A stretch of 64,000 nt of DNA, taken from positions 1,566 through 65,565 of the forward strand of contig JAJZNV010000014.1 in NCBI GenBank assembly GCA_021852265.1. The letters run 5' to 3'. Under the pieces are notes generated by a model that was not told where the DNA came from, did not search any database, and saw only the letters and a program-made list of their open reading frames with translations. Position 1 is the stretch's first letter, and each line of letters opens with the position of its first letter. A program made the translations under genes and the position numbers. Origin of the DNA: Nanobdellota archaeon (lineage in GTDB: Archaea > Nanobdellota > Nanobdellia > Parvarchaeales > Parvarchaeaceae). Below are positions 1 through 9,924 of this stretch, piece by piece.

Positions 1-158
1 TTTAATAAACGGCGCTGGGCTGGAAAGGTAGTCTCATCTCTCGTTCTCGTCGATAATATCCCATGAATTAATATCTCAAATGGCCTGATTTTCTTCGCTT
101 TTATTTTATATATTTTATTCAAGATCTGCAGTGTCTCTGGCAGTTCTTTTATGTCCAT
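1..158 (-). CDS. nth: Endonuclease III (HhH-GPD DNA glycosylase), N-terminal part; runs off the window edge
   Basis: Manual translation from ATG at 158: MDIKELPETLQILNKIYKIKAKKIRPFEILIHGILSTRTRDETTFPAQRRLL. Matches the EndoIII 'PFE.LI..ILS.RT.DE.T' motif. Not in the ORF track. Confidence 0.85.
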   Translation of the reverse strand, partial: MDIKELPETLQILNKIYKIKAKKIRPFEILIHGILSTRTRDETTFPAQRRLL

Positions 159-326
159 ATACTAAACGATACATCACTAGATACATAGTGTAAATGCCAT
201 TAAAAGCGTTTAAACCGGCAAGCCGTCTCATAGCAATTAAATAGCATATCGGTAATGACAGAAGACCTCTTACTATAAAATATATATAGTAAAAACCTTC
301 TTTAATTATTCTAATACAATAAACTT

Positions 327-659
327 ATGGAAAACACTAGCAGAGCAGGTGGTATAAAGTACCTCAGCGAAACGTATGATATTAACTTTGAAGAGATTAC
401 ACGTCAAATAAAAGAGAAAAAATATGATAAGGTCGCGATACAGTTTCCTGACGGTTTTAAACTGCACGCCCTTGAGATAAGCGATTTCATAAGTGAAAAA
501 TCTGGCGCGGAAGTGTTTATATGGGGAGGAAGCACTTACGGGGCATGTGATGTCCCAACAGGACTTGAAAAACTCGGTATAAAGATGATAATCCAATTCG
601 GCCATGCAAAATTTAGAGCTGATGAAACGAAAAAACCATCGGATATTAAAAATGAATAG
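327..659 (+). CDS. dph2: Diphthamide synthesis protein Dph2, N-terminal domain only (110 aa)
   Basis: Motifs KVAIQFPDGFK, TYGACDV and IIQFGHA. About one third of normal Dph2 length. Confidence 0.8.
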   Translation: MENTSRAGGIKYLSETYDINFEEITRQIKEKKYDKVAIQFPDGFKLHALEISDFISEKSGAEVFIWGGSTYGACDVPTGLEKLGIKMIIQFGHAKFRADETKKPSDIKNE

Positions 660-1314
660 AATCGGAATAGATGAGGCAGGTAGAGGACCGATAATCGGGC
701 CTTTGATTGTAGCAGGTGTAAGTAGTGACCAAGAGACAGCTGCTAAGTTCAAAGTTGCAGGAGTAAAAGACTCAAAACTTCTCAGTATAAAACGCATATA
801 CCTACTTGAGAGACTAATAGTCAGCGAATGCTCGGGCTACAGTGTTGAAAAAATAAGCCCGGAAGCTATCGACTCCAGATTTGCAGACGGTACAAACCTT
901 AACTTTCTGGAACTTGATAGGATGGCAAAGATAGCCAATGCTCTTGTTGGAGATACGGTAATAATAGACTCCCCTAGCGCGAATACCAAAAAAATCAAAG
1001 CGTACATGGCAAAGCAGATACCTAATAAGAATCTTATAGTAGAAAATTATGCAGATAAGAACCATATTGAGGTTTCTGCAGCTTCTATAATTGCAAAGGC
1101 GCTTAGAGAGCGTGAAGTGGAAGCTATAAAAAAAGAATTAGATTACGATTTCGGGAGCGGTTATCCCTCTGATCCTCTAACTATTAAATTCATAAAGATT
1201 ATAAAGGAGAACGGTTTGATACGCGAGGAAAAATATAGCAAACACGTCCGAAAAACCTGGGCAACCTTAAAGAACTTAGATAACAAAAATCTAAATGAGT
1301 TTGTAGACCGCTAA
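652..1314 (+). CDS. rnhB: Ribonuclease HII
   Basis: GIDEAGRGP, GVKDSK, VSAASIIAK, GSGYPSDP, and a C-terminal PIP-box-like KNLNEF. Start moved to ATG 652. Confidence 0.97.
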   Translation: MNRIGIDEAGRGPIIGPLIVAGVSSDQETAAKFKVAGVKDSKLLSIKRIYLLERLIVSECSGYSVEKISPEAIDSRFADGTNLNFLELDRMAKIANALVGDTVIIDSPSANTKKIKAYMAKQIPNKNLIVENYADKNHIEVSAASIIAKALREREVEAIKKELDYDFGSGYPSDPLTIKFIKIIKENGLIREEKYSKHVRKTWATLKNLDNKNLNEFVDR

Positions 1315-1332
1315 ACTTTCTAATTGTAACAA

Positions 1333-1731
1333 TTAACGAAGCAATTTATCAATGATGTCTTTCGGAATTGGGACTGCCTTCCACTTATCCTTATCAATAG
1401 CTACCTGTACGATATACCCCTCACAAAGAAGTTCCCCGTCGCGGCGTATCGAGAAATTAAATCTTATCGCTTTCTTAGACAAGAGTTTTGGTAACAATCC
1501 AACATTTATGAAATCGCCGGCTCTTGCCGACTTATAATATTTCGCATTTGACTCAACTACAACAAACCATACATCCTTATTTATGAGCGGAAACATCCTT
1601 CCAGTACGTTCGTTGGCAAATTGCTCAAGCGCGTCGGTAAAAAATCGATAGTAACCTGCGTAATGAACTATTCCCTCTGCATCTGTATCATAAATACGAA
1701 CTGTTTCATTAAAAATGAATTCGTTTTCCAT
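1333..1731 (-). CDS. Acyl-CoA thioesterase (4HBT/YbgC hot-dog fold)
   Basis: RIYDTDAEGIVHYAGYYRFF motif; 132 aa. Confidence 0.88.
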   Translation of the reverse strand: MENEFIFNETVRIYDTDAEGIVHYAGYYRFFTDALEQFANERTGRMFPLINKDVWFVVVESNAKYYKSARAGDFINVGLLPKLLSKKAIRFNFSIRRDGELLCEGYIVQVAIDKDKWKAVPIPKDIIDKLLR

Positions 1732-1812
1732 CTTATTAATACACCTCTCCCAAATTAATAGCTAATACGCTCATTACTAAAGAGTTAAATTAAATTGGTT
1801 CAAAGAGTATCT

Positions 1813-2994
1813 ATGAAGTTCATCCATATCGGCGATACACATATAGGGGCCGTCTATAAAAACGAGAACAGAAACGCTGATGTTAAGGACGCATTCAACC
1901 AGGTTGTGGACGCAGCAATAAAAGAGAAAATTGATTTTATCGTGCATTCCGGTGACTTATTCAATGAGGGAAATCCTTCATTAGAGGCGTTATTATTCGT
2001 AACGGATCAGTTAAACAAGTTGAGGCTTGCGGGTATAAAGTTGTTTATAGTGCCTGGTTCGCATGATGTCGGCATGGGAGAAGAGGATAGTGTAGTGGAG
2101 CTTTTTGACAGGAATGGTCTGCTAATAAATCTAAATTCAAAAAGGTATATCTCCAATGATGATGATTCTTTCAAACTGTCTGGAGAAACTTATAAGGGCG
2201 CATTTATATGCGGTGTGCAGGGGAAACGAAGCAATGTTGAAAATGACATCTTCAAGCGCCTTAGCATTTCAATTGATAATTCCGCATGGATAAAGATATT
2301 CATATTTCACCATACTATTTCGGCACTTGGTGAGCAGTTTAAGGACCTAGATACGGATAGTCTCCCGAAAGGATTTGATTATTACGCCGCAGGACACTGG
2401 CACGGGCATAAGGATGGCATAAAATACGAGAAGGGCATCATCCAGTATCCGGGTTCAACAGAATATTGTGATGAAAAGGAGATTGTGGATAACCCCAATA
2501 GGGGATATTACATAATAGAGTATGATAGTGACGGGATAACCAGCATCGCATATAACATACTAAAAACCCGTGAAAAAGATATCGTAGGGATATCCGCAGA
2601 CAACAAAACGGCAAAGGAACTTTATACTGAGATGCTGTCAAAATTAAAAACTAACTCGGGCAAAATACTAGTCATAAGGATTTCAGGGAAGCTTGTCGAA
2701 AATCGTGGCAGCATAAATCTCCCTGAAATAAAAAAAGCAGCACTCGAGAAGGGGTACTCTTACGTCAGTATAAACACCAGTAAATTGATGGATAGAAATG
2801 ATGAGGTCCTTGAAGTTACCGAAACGGATATCGGCAAGATTGAAACCGAATTCTTGACAAAGAAGGGATATAATAATATAGGATTAAAACTTGCAAAACT
2901 TCTTATATCTGAGACACAAAATAACGACTCTCCGGAGTCAATATTAAAAAAGGCAGAGGAGCTATTCGAAGAGTATGATACTAAAAGAGATTAA
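1813..2994 (+). CDS. mre11: DNA double-strand break repair nuclease Mre11
   Basis: Phosphoesterase motifs GDTH, GDLF, GSHD, FHH and GHWH. Overlaps rad50. Confidence 0.93.
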   Translation: MKFIHIGDTHIGAVYKNENRNADVKDAFNQVVDAAIKEKIDFIVHSGDLFNEGNPSLEALLFVTDQLNKLRLAGIKLFIVPGSHDVGMGEEDSVVELFDRNGLLINLNSKRYISNDDDSFKLSGETYKGAFICGVQGKRSNVENDIFKRLSISIDNSAWIKIFIFHHTISALGEQFKDLDTDSLPKGFDYYAAGHWHGHKDGIKYEKGIIQYPGSTEYCDEKEIVDNPNRGYYIIEYDSDGITSIAYNILKTREKDIVGISADNKTAKELYTEMLSKLKTNSGKILVIRISGKLVENRGSINLPEIKKAALEKGYSYVSINTSKLMDRNDEVLEVTETDIGKIETEFLTKKGYNNIGLKLAKLLISETQNNDSPESILKKAEELFEEYDTKRD

Positions 2995-5371
2995 TCTAAA
3001 AAATATAAGAAGTCACGAGAATACGCTCATAAGATTTTCTGAAGGAGTAAACGTAATAACTGGCAACACTGGAAGTGGCAAATCCTCAATACTTATGGGG
3101 ATACAATACGCTCTATTCGGCAAAATTGGGGAAGGCCAGGGGGAGGGCAAATTATTACTTCGACGAGGGAAAGCAAATGGCGCTATAACTATAAACTTTA
3201 CAGAAGAAGGATCTGAATACATAGTGACGAGGGGACTAAAAAGGGTTAAGGATGCGGTTAGAAATGATGATTCTGAGAATGAGATAATAAAAGACGGTAA
3301 AAAAATAGACTTACAGAACAGAGCAATGGATATAAACAGTTACATTCTTAAAATCTTAAAAATAAGCTCCCCTGCCCCAACAAAGACATTTGAAGCAATA
3401 ACCTACATCAAACAAGATGAACTTAAGGACTTGATCTTCGAAAATGGGCAGTCAAAGCAAGAATATATAGACCAGCTACTCCAACTGAATAAGTATGCCG
3501 ACACTTTTGATAAATTAAAGGAGGTCATCAACAAGATAGAAAGGGAATTAGAGAGCAGTCGCCTTGAAGAATCATTAAGCGGCGACGAGAATGAGATTAT
3601 CCAAATAGAAGCTGATGTCGGTAAACTTGAGCTAAACAATGCAGATGCTTTGAAAAATCTGCATACGTTAGAGTTGGATCTTAAGTCTAATGAAGACTCT
3701 TTAGAAAAAATTGATAGGGATATAAAGATTGCACGAGAAAAACAGAATAAATTCATAAAACTAAATGCTGAACACGACGCGAAATTGCTTCTTGTGGGAA
3801 AATATGCCGATCAAGCGTCTGTATTGAAAACGGACTTAGAAAACAGAGAGAAATCTATAATAAAAATTGACGAAAACACTGTAAATGAACTTAAATCGCT
3901 CAGGAATAAAAAGGACACTGAAATGCGAAAAGTGTTATCGGAAGAGAAAGATTTATACGAGAAATTCTGTACGAACGATATGACTGAAAAAAGCACTCAT
4001 AACATGGTATCTAAAATCAAAAAAGAAGTTGAAACGTTTTCAGCAGATATTAAAAAATTAGAAAGCGCCGTGCAAGAAACAAGACGGCTTATAGAACGAG
4101 TGCGAGAAGGTCCTAATGATGATGAGCTGAAGGGGAGACTAAACCAAATAGACTCTCTCATAAAAGAATTAGAAACGGAAAAATCGACTGCAGAGAAAAG
4201 TGGCATTTGTCAAATTTGTGGAAATAAAATTACAAATAAACAACATCTTAATACGGAGTACGACTTAAAAATAAGAAAGTGTACTTTAGAAAAAGATGAA
4301 CTCTTAAAAGAATCGAGAAAAACTTCTAGTGGGAAGACTAAAAAGGAACTAGAAACCGACTTTGAACGCCTTAATATAAAAATTTCTGAGCTTAGAGACA
4401 GAATATCTTTTAATGAATCTGAACTCGAAAAAATCGACTTGCTTAATATTGCACAAAAAACTTTGGACTCAAAAGAAAAGTATGATGCTACAGTAAAGTA
4501 TTCTAATAATTTAAGGACAGAGATAGATAGGGTAACAAAAGACATCGAATCAATAGACTCTGCAAGGGCAATAATAAATCAAGTCAGAATTAATCGCGAA
4601 AAGTTAGATTACCTCAATTCGGAAGAGAAGAAAGCCAAAGAAGAAGCAGGTATCATAGAAGCAAACATCCAAGAGCTTGGGTTTGATAAGAACCTGCTTA
4701 AAGAACGAGAGGAGGAAGTTGTAGAATTTACTCAGATTATAAAAAATATATCATCTGGTATAGCCGGCATACGGAGCGAAATAAAAGCTAGAGAACGCGA
4801 AGCTGCTGAAAAGAAGGTAAAACTAGAAGAAGTTAAAAAGAGACTCCAAAAGAAAAATGAGCTCCGCAAGAAGATAGAGAAGAGGAGCAGGTTTTTAACC
4901 ATTATGGAAAACCTTAGAAAAGATATACGAGAGATACGGGAGTATGTAAGAAATCGTTTCATATCAGAATTCAAATCTCTCTTCTGGGCCAGATTTTTAG
5001 AGATACGGGCAGATAGTGACTATACCATCGACATCGACAATAATTACAATATAAAAGTTATCGTTGGAAATGAGACCCTAGACGCCAAAACGCTATCTGG
5101 AGGAGAAAAAACGTCTGTTGCGCTTGCGTATCGCATGGCATTGTCTTCTATAGCATCATTGCTTGGAGGTGTTAACAAGAACGAATCCCTTATAATGGAT
5201 GAACCAACTTCTGGTTTAGATAAGGAGGATATAAACGCGCTTTCTACCTGTATAATCAAGATAAAGGATATCCGACAGATAATAATCGTAACGCACGAAG
5301 ACACTATGAAAAATATAGCAGATGCTGTAATAACTGTAACAAAGACGTCAGGAGAATCTAAAGTAAGATAA
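2975..5371 (+). CDS. rad50: DNA double-strand break repair ATPase Rad50
   Basis: Walker A GNTGSGKS, Q-loop YIKQDE, coiled coil with central CQIC zinc hook, signature LSGGE, Walker B IMDEPT, H-loop VTH. Confidence 0.95.
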   Translation: MILKEINLKNIRSHENTLIRFSEGVNVITGNTGSGKSSILMGIQYALFGKIGEGQGEGKLLLRRGKANGAITINFTEEGSEYIVTRGLKRVKDAVRNDDSENEIIKDGKKIDLQNRAMDINSYILKILKISSPAPTKTFEAITYIKQDELKDLIFENGQSKQEYIDQLLQLNKYADTFDKLKEVINKIERELESSRLEESLSGDENEIIQIEADVGKLELNNADALKNLHTLELDLKSNEDSLEKIDRDIKIAREKQNKFIKLNAEHDAKLLLVGKYADQASVLKTDLENREKSIIKIDENTVNELKSLRNKKDTEMRKVLSEEKDLYEKFCTNDMTEKSTHNMVSKIKKEVETFSADIKKLESAVQETRRLIERVREGPNDDELKGRLNQIDSLIKELETEKSTAEKSGICQICGNKITNKQHLNTEYDLKIRKCTLEKDELLKESRKTSSGKTKKELETDFERLNIKISELRDRISFNESELEKIDLLNIAQKTLDSKEKYDATVKYSNNLRTEIDRVTKDIESIDSARAIINQVRINREKLDYLNSEEKKAKEEAGIIEANIQELGFDKNLLKEREEEVVEFTQIIKNISSGIAGIRSEIKAREREAAEKKVKLEEVKKRLQKKNELRKKIEKRSRFLTIMENLRKDIREIREYVRNRFISEFKSLFWARFLEIRADSDYTIDIDNNYNIKVIVGNETLDAKTLSGGEKTSVALAYRMALSSIASLLGGVNKNESLIMDEPTSGLDKEDINALSTCIIKIKDIRQIIIVTHEDTMKNIADAVITVTKTSGESKVR

Positions 5372-5385
5372 GAAATGATTAATTT

Positions 5386-6222
5386 TTAATGCTTCTTTTC
5401 ACCTATTAACAGGATATGTTCGCTTACTCCAAGTATGGACGGTTCCTCAACTGTCTCCATATGCATCTTAAGCCATTGCTTCAAACGACGCTTGTTTTTG
5501 TACAGTTTCGTTATGTGTGAGCCAGCATAACTGCCAAATCCTTCCAGTCCGACCAGCGTAATCTTTCTGAAATCTTTTAAATAAAAAAGCTCCACTAGTT
5601 CACTTGGGAAGAAACCGTGAAATGCAGTAAATCCTTTTTCTCCAAAATAATCTCCTGTTTTTATCCATGTCTTTGTATAATTGTTACCCAACTCATTAGG
5701 AAACTCCGTTAAAAGACCTAATATAAGTGATGTCCTAGTCATTACTGATACAAATATTTTTGCGCCGGGCTTAGCAACTCGTAATATCTCATGTGCAGCT
5801 TTTCTTCTTGCAGTAGTGCTCATTATGTGGGACAGCGGACCACCTAGTGAAATTACTGCATCAAAAGAATTGCTTTTTAACATTGATAAGTCCTCCAATC
5901 TTCCATTTATAACTTTCTTTAAGTGCGATGCATCACCATAATTTTTTACTGCCTTACGCAGGAAAACAAGACTATTTTCGACAGGGTCGAGTGCAATAAT
6001 ATCATTACCACGTTTTGTAAGTTCTACAGTATAACGACCTGGCCCACTACCTCCATCCAATACTAATCCCTTTTTAGGGAGATATTTATTTAAAAAAAAC
6101 ATCGTCGTATAGAATTCTAAATACTTTTGTTTTGGACTTTTTATGAGACGTTTCCATTCCTTCAAAACCGTCTCTGAGTAATAGTCCCTTATCTTCGCGT
6201 GAAGTTTTTCTTTTTTTACCAT
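5386..6222 (-). CDS. Class I SAM-dependent methyltransferase
   Basis: VLDGGSGPGRY motif I and SFDAVISLGGPLSH. Confidence 0.88.
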   Translation of the reverse strand: MVKKEKLHAKIRDYYSETVLKEWKRLIKSPKQKYLEFYTTMFFLNKYLPKKGLVLDGGSGPGRYTVELTKRGNDIIALDPVENSLVFLRKAVKNYGDASHLKKVINGRLEDLSMLKSNSFDAVISLGGPLSHIMSTTARRKAAHEILRVAKPGAKIFVSVMTRTSLILGLLTEFPNELGNNYTKTWIKTGDYFGEKGFTAFHGFFPSELVELFYLKDFRKITLVGLEGFGSYAGSHITKLYKNKRRLKQWLKMHMETVEEPSILGVSEHILLIGEKKH

Positions 6223-6236
6223 ATTACGTAATTATA

Positions 6237-6319
6237 TGCAGGGAGAGGGATTCGAACCCTCGAAGGCCTGAGCCATCGGCTCTTGAGGCCGACACGTTTG
6301 ACCGCTTCGCTACCCCTGC
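6237..6319 (-). tRNA. tRNA-Leu(CAA), no encoded CCA
   Basis: GCAGGGG/TCCCTGC acceptor, TCGGC-CTCAAGA-GCCGA anticodon arm, long variable arm, GGTTCGAATCC. Confidence 0.96.
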
Positions 6320-6357
6320 TTATTAAGAATATTTAATTACTAAGAATTTATAACGGT

Positions 6358-6615
6358 TTAATTAGAATCAGACTTTTTCTCAACATCCTTGTAAATCCTT
6401 GGCTGATTTGTGCTAATATCCTGGAATAGCTCACTTACGGATTCTTTTAGCTTGGTCATTTCCACTGTAAGGTCGCTTATATTTTTATTGCCTTTCTCTG
6501 AAAATTTCTTTAATTTTTCAAGATAATCTGATATGACGGGGACATTTTGTTTGAGTTCGTCATAATGCATCTTAAATATGTACGGTAAACCAACATAAAC
6601 AGCATCCTTTTCCAT
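6358..6615 (-). CDS. Hypothetical protein (85 aa, helical)
   Basis: ATG-start ORF filling the gap between a tRNA and the ferredoxin; TATA-like element upstream. Confidence 0.7.
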   Translation of the reverse strand: MEKDAVYVGLPYIFKMHYDELKQNVPVISDYLEKLKKFSEKGNKNISDLTVEMTKLKESVSELFQDISTNQPRIYKDVEKKSDSN

Positions 6616-6667
6616 ATACCTTATATTATGTATATCGCTTATAAGTTTTACTAGTTTAGGATTGAAA

Positions 6668-7000
<333 letters not shown>

Positions 7001-7041
7001 TTAATTTATATACATTGCTTATGAAATTTAAAATAGGGTAT

Positions 7042-7302
7042 TCAATGCCCATCGTATCGCAACTTCAACGTTATTACAAAGCTGATGAGCAAAACTGAAA
7101 CCGCATTTGCTAATAAAACTGGTAAGGAATTGATATATATCCCGTATACTAACCAAAGAATCTGGCCGCACCCGATTATAAGGAACATTAAAAGGGACAC
7201 ATCCTCAGCGGACTTGTGACTCATTATTTTTACTATCTGCGGAATAAAACTCCCAGTGGTCAGAATCCCGGCAACTAGTCCTATCGCTGTTATCAAATCC
7301 AT
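7042..7302 (-). CDS. SemiSWEET / PQ-loop sugar transporter
   Basis: TTGSFIPQIVK PQ motif, SAEDVS and LWLVYG; three TM helices. Confidence 0.9.
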   Translation of the reverse strand: MDLITAIGLVAGILTTGSFIPQIVKIMSHKSAEDVSLLMFLIIGCGQILWLVYGIYINSLPVLLANAVSVLLISFVITLKLRYDGH

Positions 7303-7315
7303 ACTACACATTATC

Positions 7316-7438
7316 TGCAGGGGGTGGGATTTGAACCCACGAGGGCGCTAAGCCACAGGATATCTTACTTCGCATCAAAGATACGAAATTGACAAGGACT
7401 TAAGTCCTGCACGTTGGGCCAAACTTCGCTACCCCTGC
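7316..7438 (-). tRNA. tRNA-Leu(TAA) with 37-nt intron at 37/38 (7362-7398)
   Basis: GCAGGGG/CCCCTGC acceptor; CAGGA-CT-TAA-G|intron|A-TCCTG. CTTA pairs with intron TAAG to form the BHB central helix. Confidence 0.94.
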
Positions 7439-7547
7439 GTCAAGATTAGATTGAATGCAGTTTATTTATACGTTGCAGTGTAGTGGGTACAGGCTTCGAT
7501 TTCTGGAACGTCTGCCTTTCAAAGTATATAATTTTGCCAGTTATTGC

Positions 7548-7664
7548 TTAAGCGCTTCTCTCACGAAGCAGCCTTCTTTTTCTCTTTCTTTCAAGCATCT
7601 TCTTCTTCCTAGTCTTCCACCTGTCCTTGTGGTATTTTTTCCAGTTTTTTGAGCTTCTCTTCAT
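7548..7664 (-). CDS. rpl41e: Ribosomal protein L41e (eS32) family, 38 aa
   Basis: Manual translation MKRSSKNWKKYHKDRWKTRKKKMLERKRKRRLLRERSA. Matches the archaeal L41e pattern MKR...WKK....RWK..KK. Below the ORF-track size cutoff. Confidence 0.8.
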   Translation of the reverse strand: MKRSSKNWKKYHKDRWKTRKKKMLERKRKRRLLRERSA

Positions 7665-7691
7665 ATCTTTTATTCGTTGTTCTGTTAGAAT

Positions 7692-8213
7692 TTATACCTT
7701 TGCCCCAGTTACTCCGCTACTGCTGTAGTACTTGCCGCGATATGGGACAGTTACTTCACTATTGGTTTTGCCGAACACAAGGTGTAGGAATCTAGTTCCC
7801 GGTTCGACTTTTATTGGCACTGCGCCCCCTATAAGTAGTATAGTCAAATCGCCTTCAAAACCAGCATCTACTATTGTGGGGGGTATGGAAACTCCTAATC
7901 TGGCGAACGTCGATCTTATATTAGAGAACCCTACCAAATCATTTGGTAATCTTATTCTCTCTTTTATTTTTATGAGCATGCGTTCATTCGGATGTATAAC
8001 AAAGGGTCCAGTTACCTGCTCCTTTTTATATATCGTTTCAAGCGCTGCGCTGTTGCCTATTTCTATTTCTTTAGTAGACATGAGAAACCTGGAGATCTCA
8101 TTACCTATCCTTAAATCCACTCCATTTTCACGGATAGTATCCTCAGATAACGGTGATACTGCAAGTTTTCCACTTTCTAGATAGTCCTTTATGTCTTTAT
8201 TACTGAGTATCAT
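7692..8213 (-). CDS. dcd: dCTP deaminase
   Basis: MILS, IRENGVDLR, RSTFARLG, IVDAGFEG and YRGKY. Confidence 0.92.
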   Translation of the reverse strand: MILSNKDIKDYLESGKLAVSPLSEDTIRENGVDLRIGNEISRFLMSTKEIEIGNSAALETIYKKEQVTGPFVIHPNERMLIKIKERIRLPNDLVGFSNIRSTFARLGVSIPPTIVDAGFEGDLTILLIGGAVPIKVEPGTRFLHLVFGKTNSEVTVPYRGKYYSSSGVTGAKV

Positions 8214-8286
8214 TAATAGTCTTATTACACGAATTATAAAAGGCTTTACTGGATAGAATTAAATAACTTGAGTGCCTAATATCTAG

Positions 8287-8946
8287 ATGGAGTACAAAGG
8301 CACCAGAATAGAGTGGCTTCACCATAACTGTTTCAGGGTAACTGGCAAGACTGAAGTTGTATACACTGATCCATATAAAATAAAAAACGATTACAACGAT
8401 GCCACTCTCGTCCTTATAACCCATGATCACTATGACCATCTGGAGATTGCAAGCATCGAAAAAGTTTCTAATGATAAAACAATAATTGTTGCGCCAAAGG
8501 ACTGTGAAAACCAGTTATCCAAATTAAAGAACCAAAAGGTTTTCGTGTCACCGCACGAAGTAAAGATAATCCGAGGCCTGACCATAAAAACGGTCCCCTC
8601 ATACAACCTAAATAAGTTTAGATCCGGTAAAGAGGTATTCCATCCCAAAAACAAAGGGAATGTCGGCTACGTTTTCATAATGGATTCTATACGATTTTAT
8701 ATTGCAGGTGATACCGATTTTATAGAAGAGATGCAGACCGTAAAGGTTGATGTAGCGTTTTTGCCGGTCAGCGGAATCTATGTCATGACTGCAATGGAAG
8801 CAGCTGGGGCAGCGAAGGCAATAAATGCTGATTTGACTATACCGTCGCATTACGGGTCAGGTATAGGGACGCTGGAAGATGCTAAAAAGTTTAAGGAGCT
8901 AATCAGTAAAATGCTGAGAGTTGAGATACTCGAATCCTCTGATTAG
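8287..8946 (+). CDS. MBL-fold metallo-hydrolase (UPF0173/UlaG-like)
   Basis: ITHDHYDH, YIAGDT and IPSHYG. Confidence 0.9.
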   Translation: MEYKGTRIEWLHHNCFRVTGKTEVVYTDPYKIKNDYNDATLVLITHDHYDHLEIASIEKVSNDKTIIVAPKDCENQLSKLKNQKVFVSPHEVKIIRGLTIKTVPSYNLNKFRSGKEVFHPKNKGNVGYVFIMDSIRFYIAGDTDFIEEMQTVKVDVAFLPVSGIYVMTAMEAAGAAKAINADLTIPSHYGSGIGTLEDAKKFKELISKMLRVEILESSD

Positions 8947-8973
8947 GACTCTGCAAAGATATTTATTTGTAAC

Positions 8974-9789
8974 ATGAATTTTAGGACTATGCTCACTCCT
9001 TTACTTTTAACGATACTAATAATCACGATAGTTGCTGCATCTGCAGTAGTGGCTGTGTATACCCTACACATCCTCATACAGAAGACCGGTGTTGTACAAT
9101 CACTGCAATCGTGTGGAGATCTTAACTTTACATACAGTACTGCAAATTCAAATTATACTGAATATTGCAGTTGGGCTGGTGGTGAGATAAATCTTTCCCT
9201 CTATATCGGTAACTTCCAGTCAGGTTATGTAACGCTTTATAACAAGAGCATATTCCTAAGCGGTGGCAATGGCTCTCTTGGCGTTGCCGGTCTGGGCTGT
9301 GGTAGTACAGTATTTAATAATGGTACGCTAGACGCCGGTATATATAGGGTGGAATTAAGCAATGGTGTGGCCAGCACGAGTCCTTCTTGCAGCCCTATAT
9401 ATAGTAGAGTGAATACAATTTCTGTTTCTCCACAGTCTAGCAACAATGGGACATTAGTAACGGTTACATATGAGAATAATAGTTTTTATGACAACTATAC
9501 CGGTACTTATACTTACCAAGATTATAATACAAATTATTTAACTGAGGTCCTTGATGCTGGCCAGATATTCAGTATACCGATTTATGCGACTAGCAGTTCA
9601 ACTAAGAAATGTTACTTAAACTTTAATACTTCGAATGGATTCCAACTCCAATATGCAAATGAAACCCTTCCACTATATCTTCCCCCTGCTTCTCCCAATA
9701 AACACCTTACACTGTTTATATCTGCTCCGACGGTCGATTATTCTGGACCACTTAACGTTAATTTCCTGTTCACCTGTTACCCGATTTAG
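8974..9789 (+). CDS. Membrane-anchored or secreted hypothetical protein
   Basis: N-terminal hydrophobic helix followed by an S/T/N/Y-rich beta-type ectodomain with paired Cys and many N-x-S/T sequons. Confidence 0.75.
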   Translation: MNFRTMLTPLLLTILIITIVAASAVVAVYTLHILIQKTGVVQSLQSCGDLNFTYSTANSNYTEYCSWAGGEINLSLYIGNFQSGYVTLYNKSIFLSGGNGSLGVAGLGCGSTVFNNGTLDAGIYRVELSNGVASTSPSCSPIYSRVNTISVSPQSSNNGTLVTVTYENNSFYDNYTGTYTYQDYNTNYLTEVLDAGQIFSIPIYATSSSTKKCYLNFNTSNGFQLQYANETLPLYLPPASPNKHLTLFISAPTVDYSGPLNVNFLFTCYPI

Positions 9790-9886
9790 TACTTTGCCAG
9801 TGCAAATATTGCAGGGTAGATGTAGCATGTTCCTAAATCCATAATTGTGGGAGCAACCTGTGATTAATTTGTTTCGCAGAGCCCTT

Positions 9887-9900
9887 AAAAGGTTTATATA
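9887..9900 (+). promoter_or_regulatory. Archaeal BRE/TATA promoter of rps8e (probably leaderless mRNA)
   Basis: AAAAGG followed by TTTATATA (9893-9900), 24 nt before ATG 9925. Confidence 0.6.
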
Positions 9901-9924
9901 TTAACGTAATAATAAGATACAGAT

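Noticed and set aside
270-292. Inverted repeat TTACTATA-N7-TATAGTAA between the divergent nth and dph2 genes, as a possible operator
   Set aside because: Very AT-rich and explicable as back-to-back TATA elements; no second copy seen.
3013-5304. Chains of antisense ORFs under rad50 and many other genes
   Set aside because: Shadow frames of well-supported genes, with no motifs.
1813-5371. Mre11/Rad50 pair as a defence system
   Set aside because: Ordinary repair pair with canonical motifs in a housekeeping context; herA and nurA may simply lie elsewhere.
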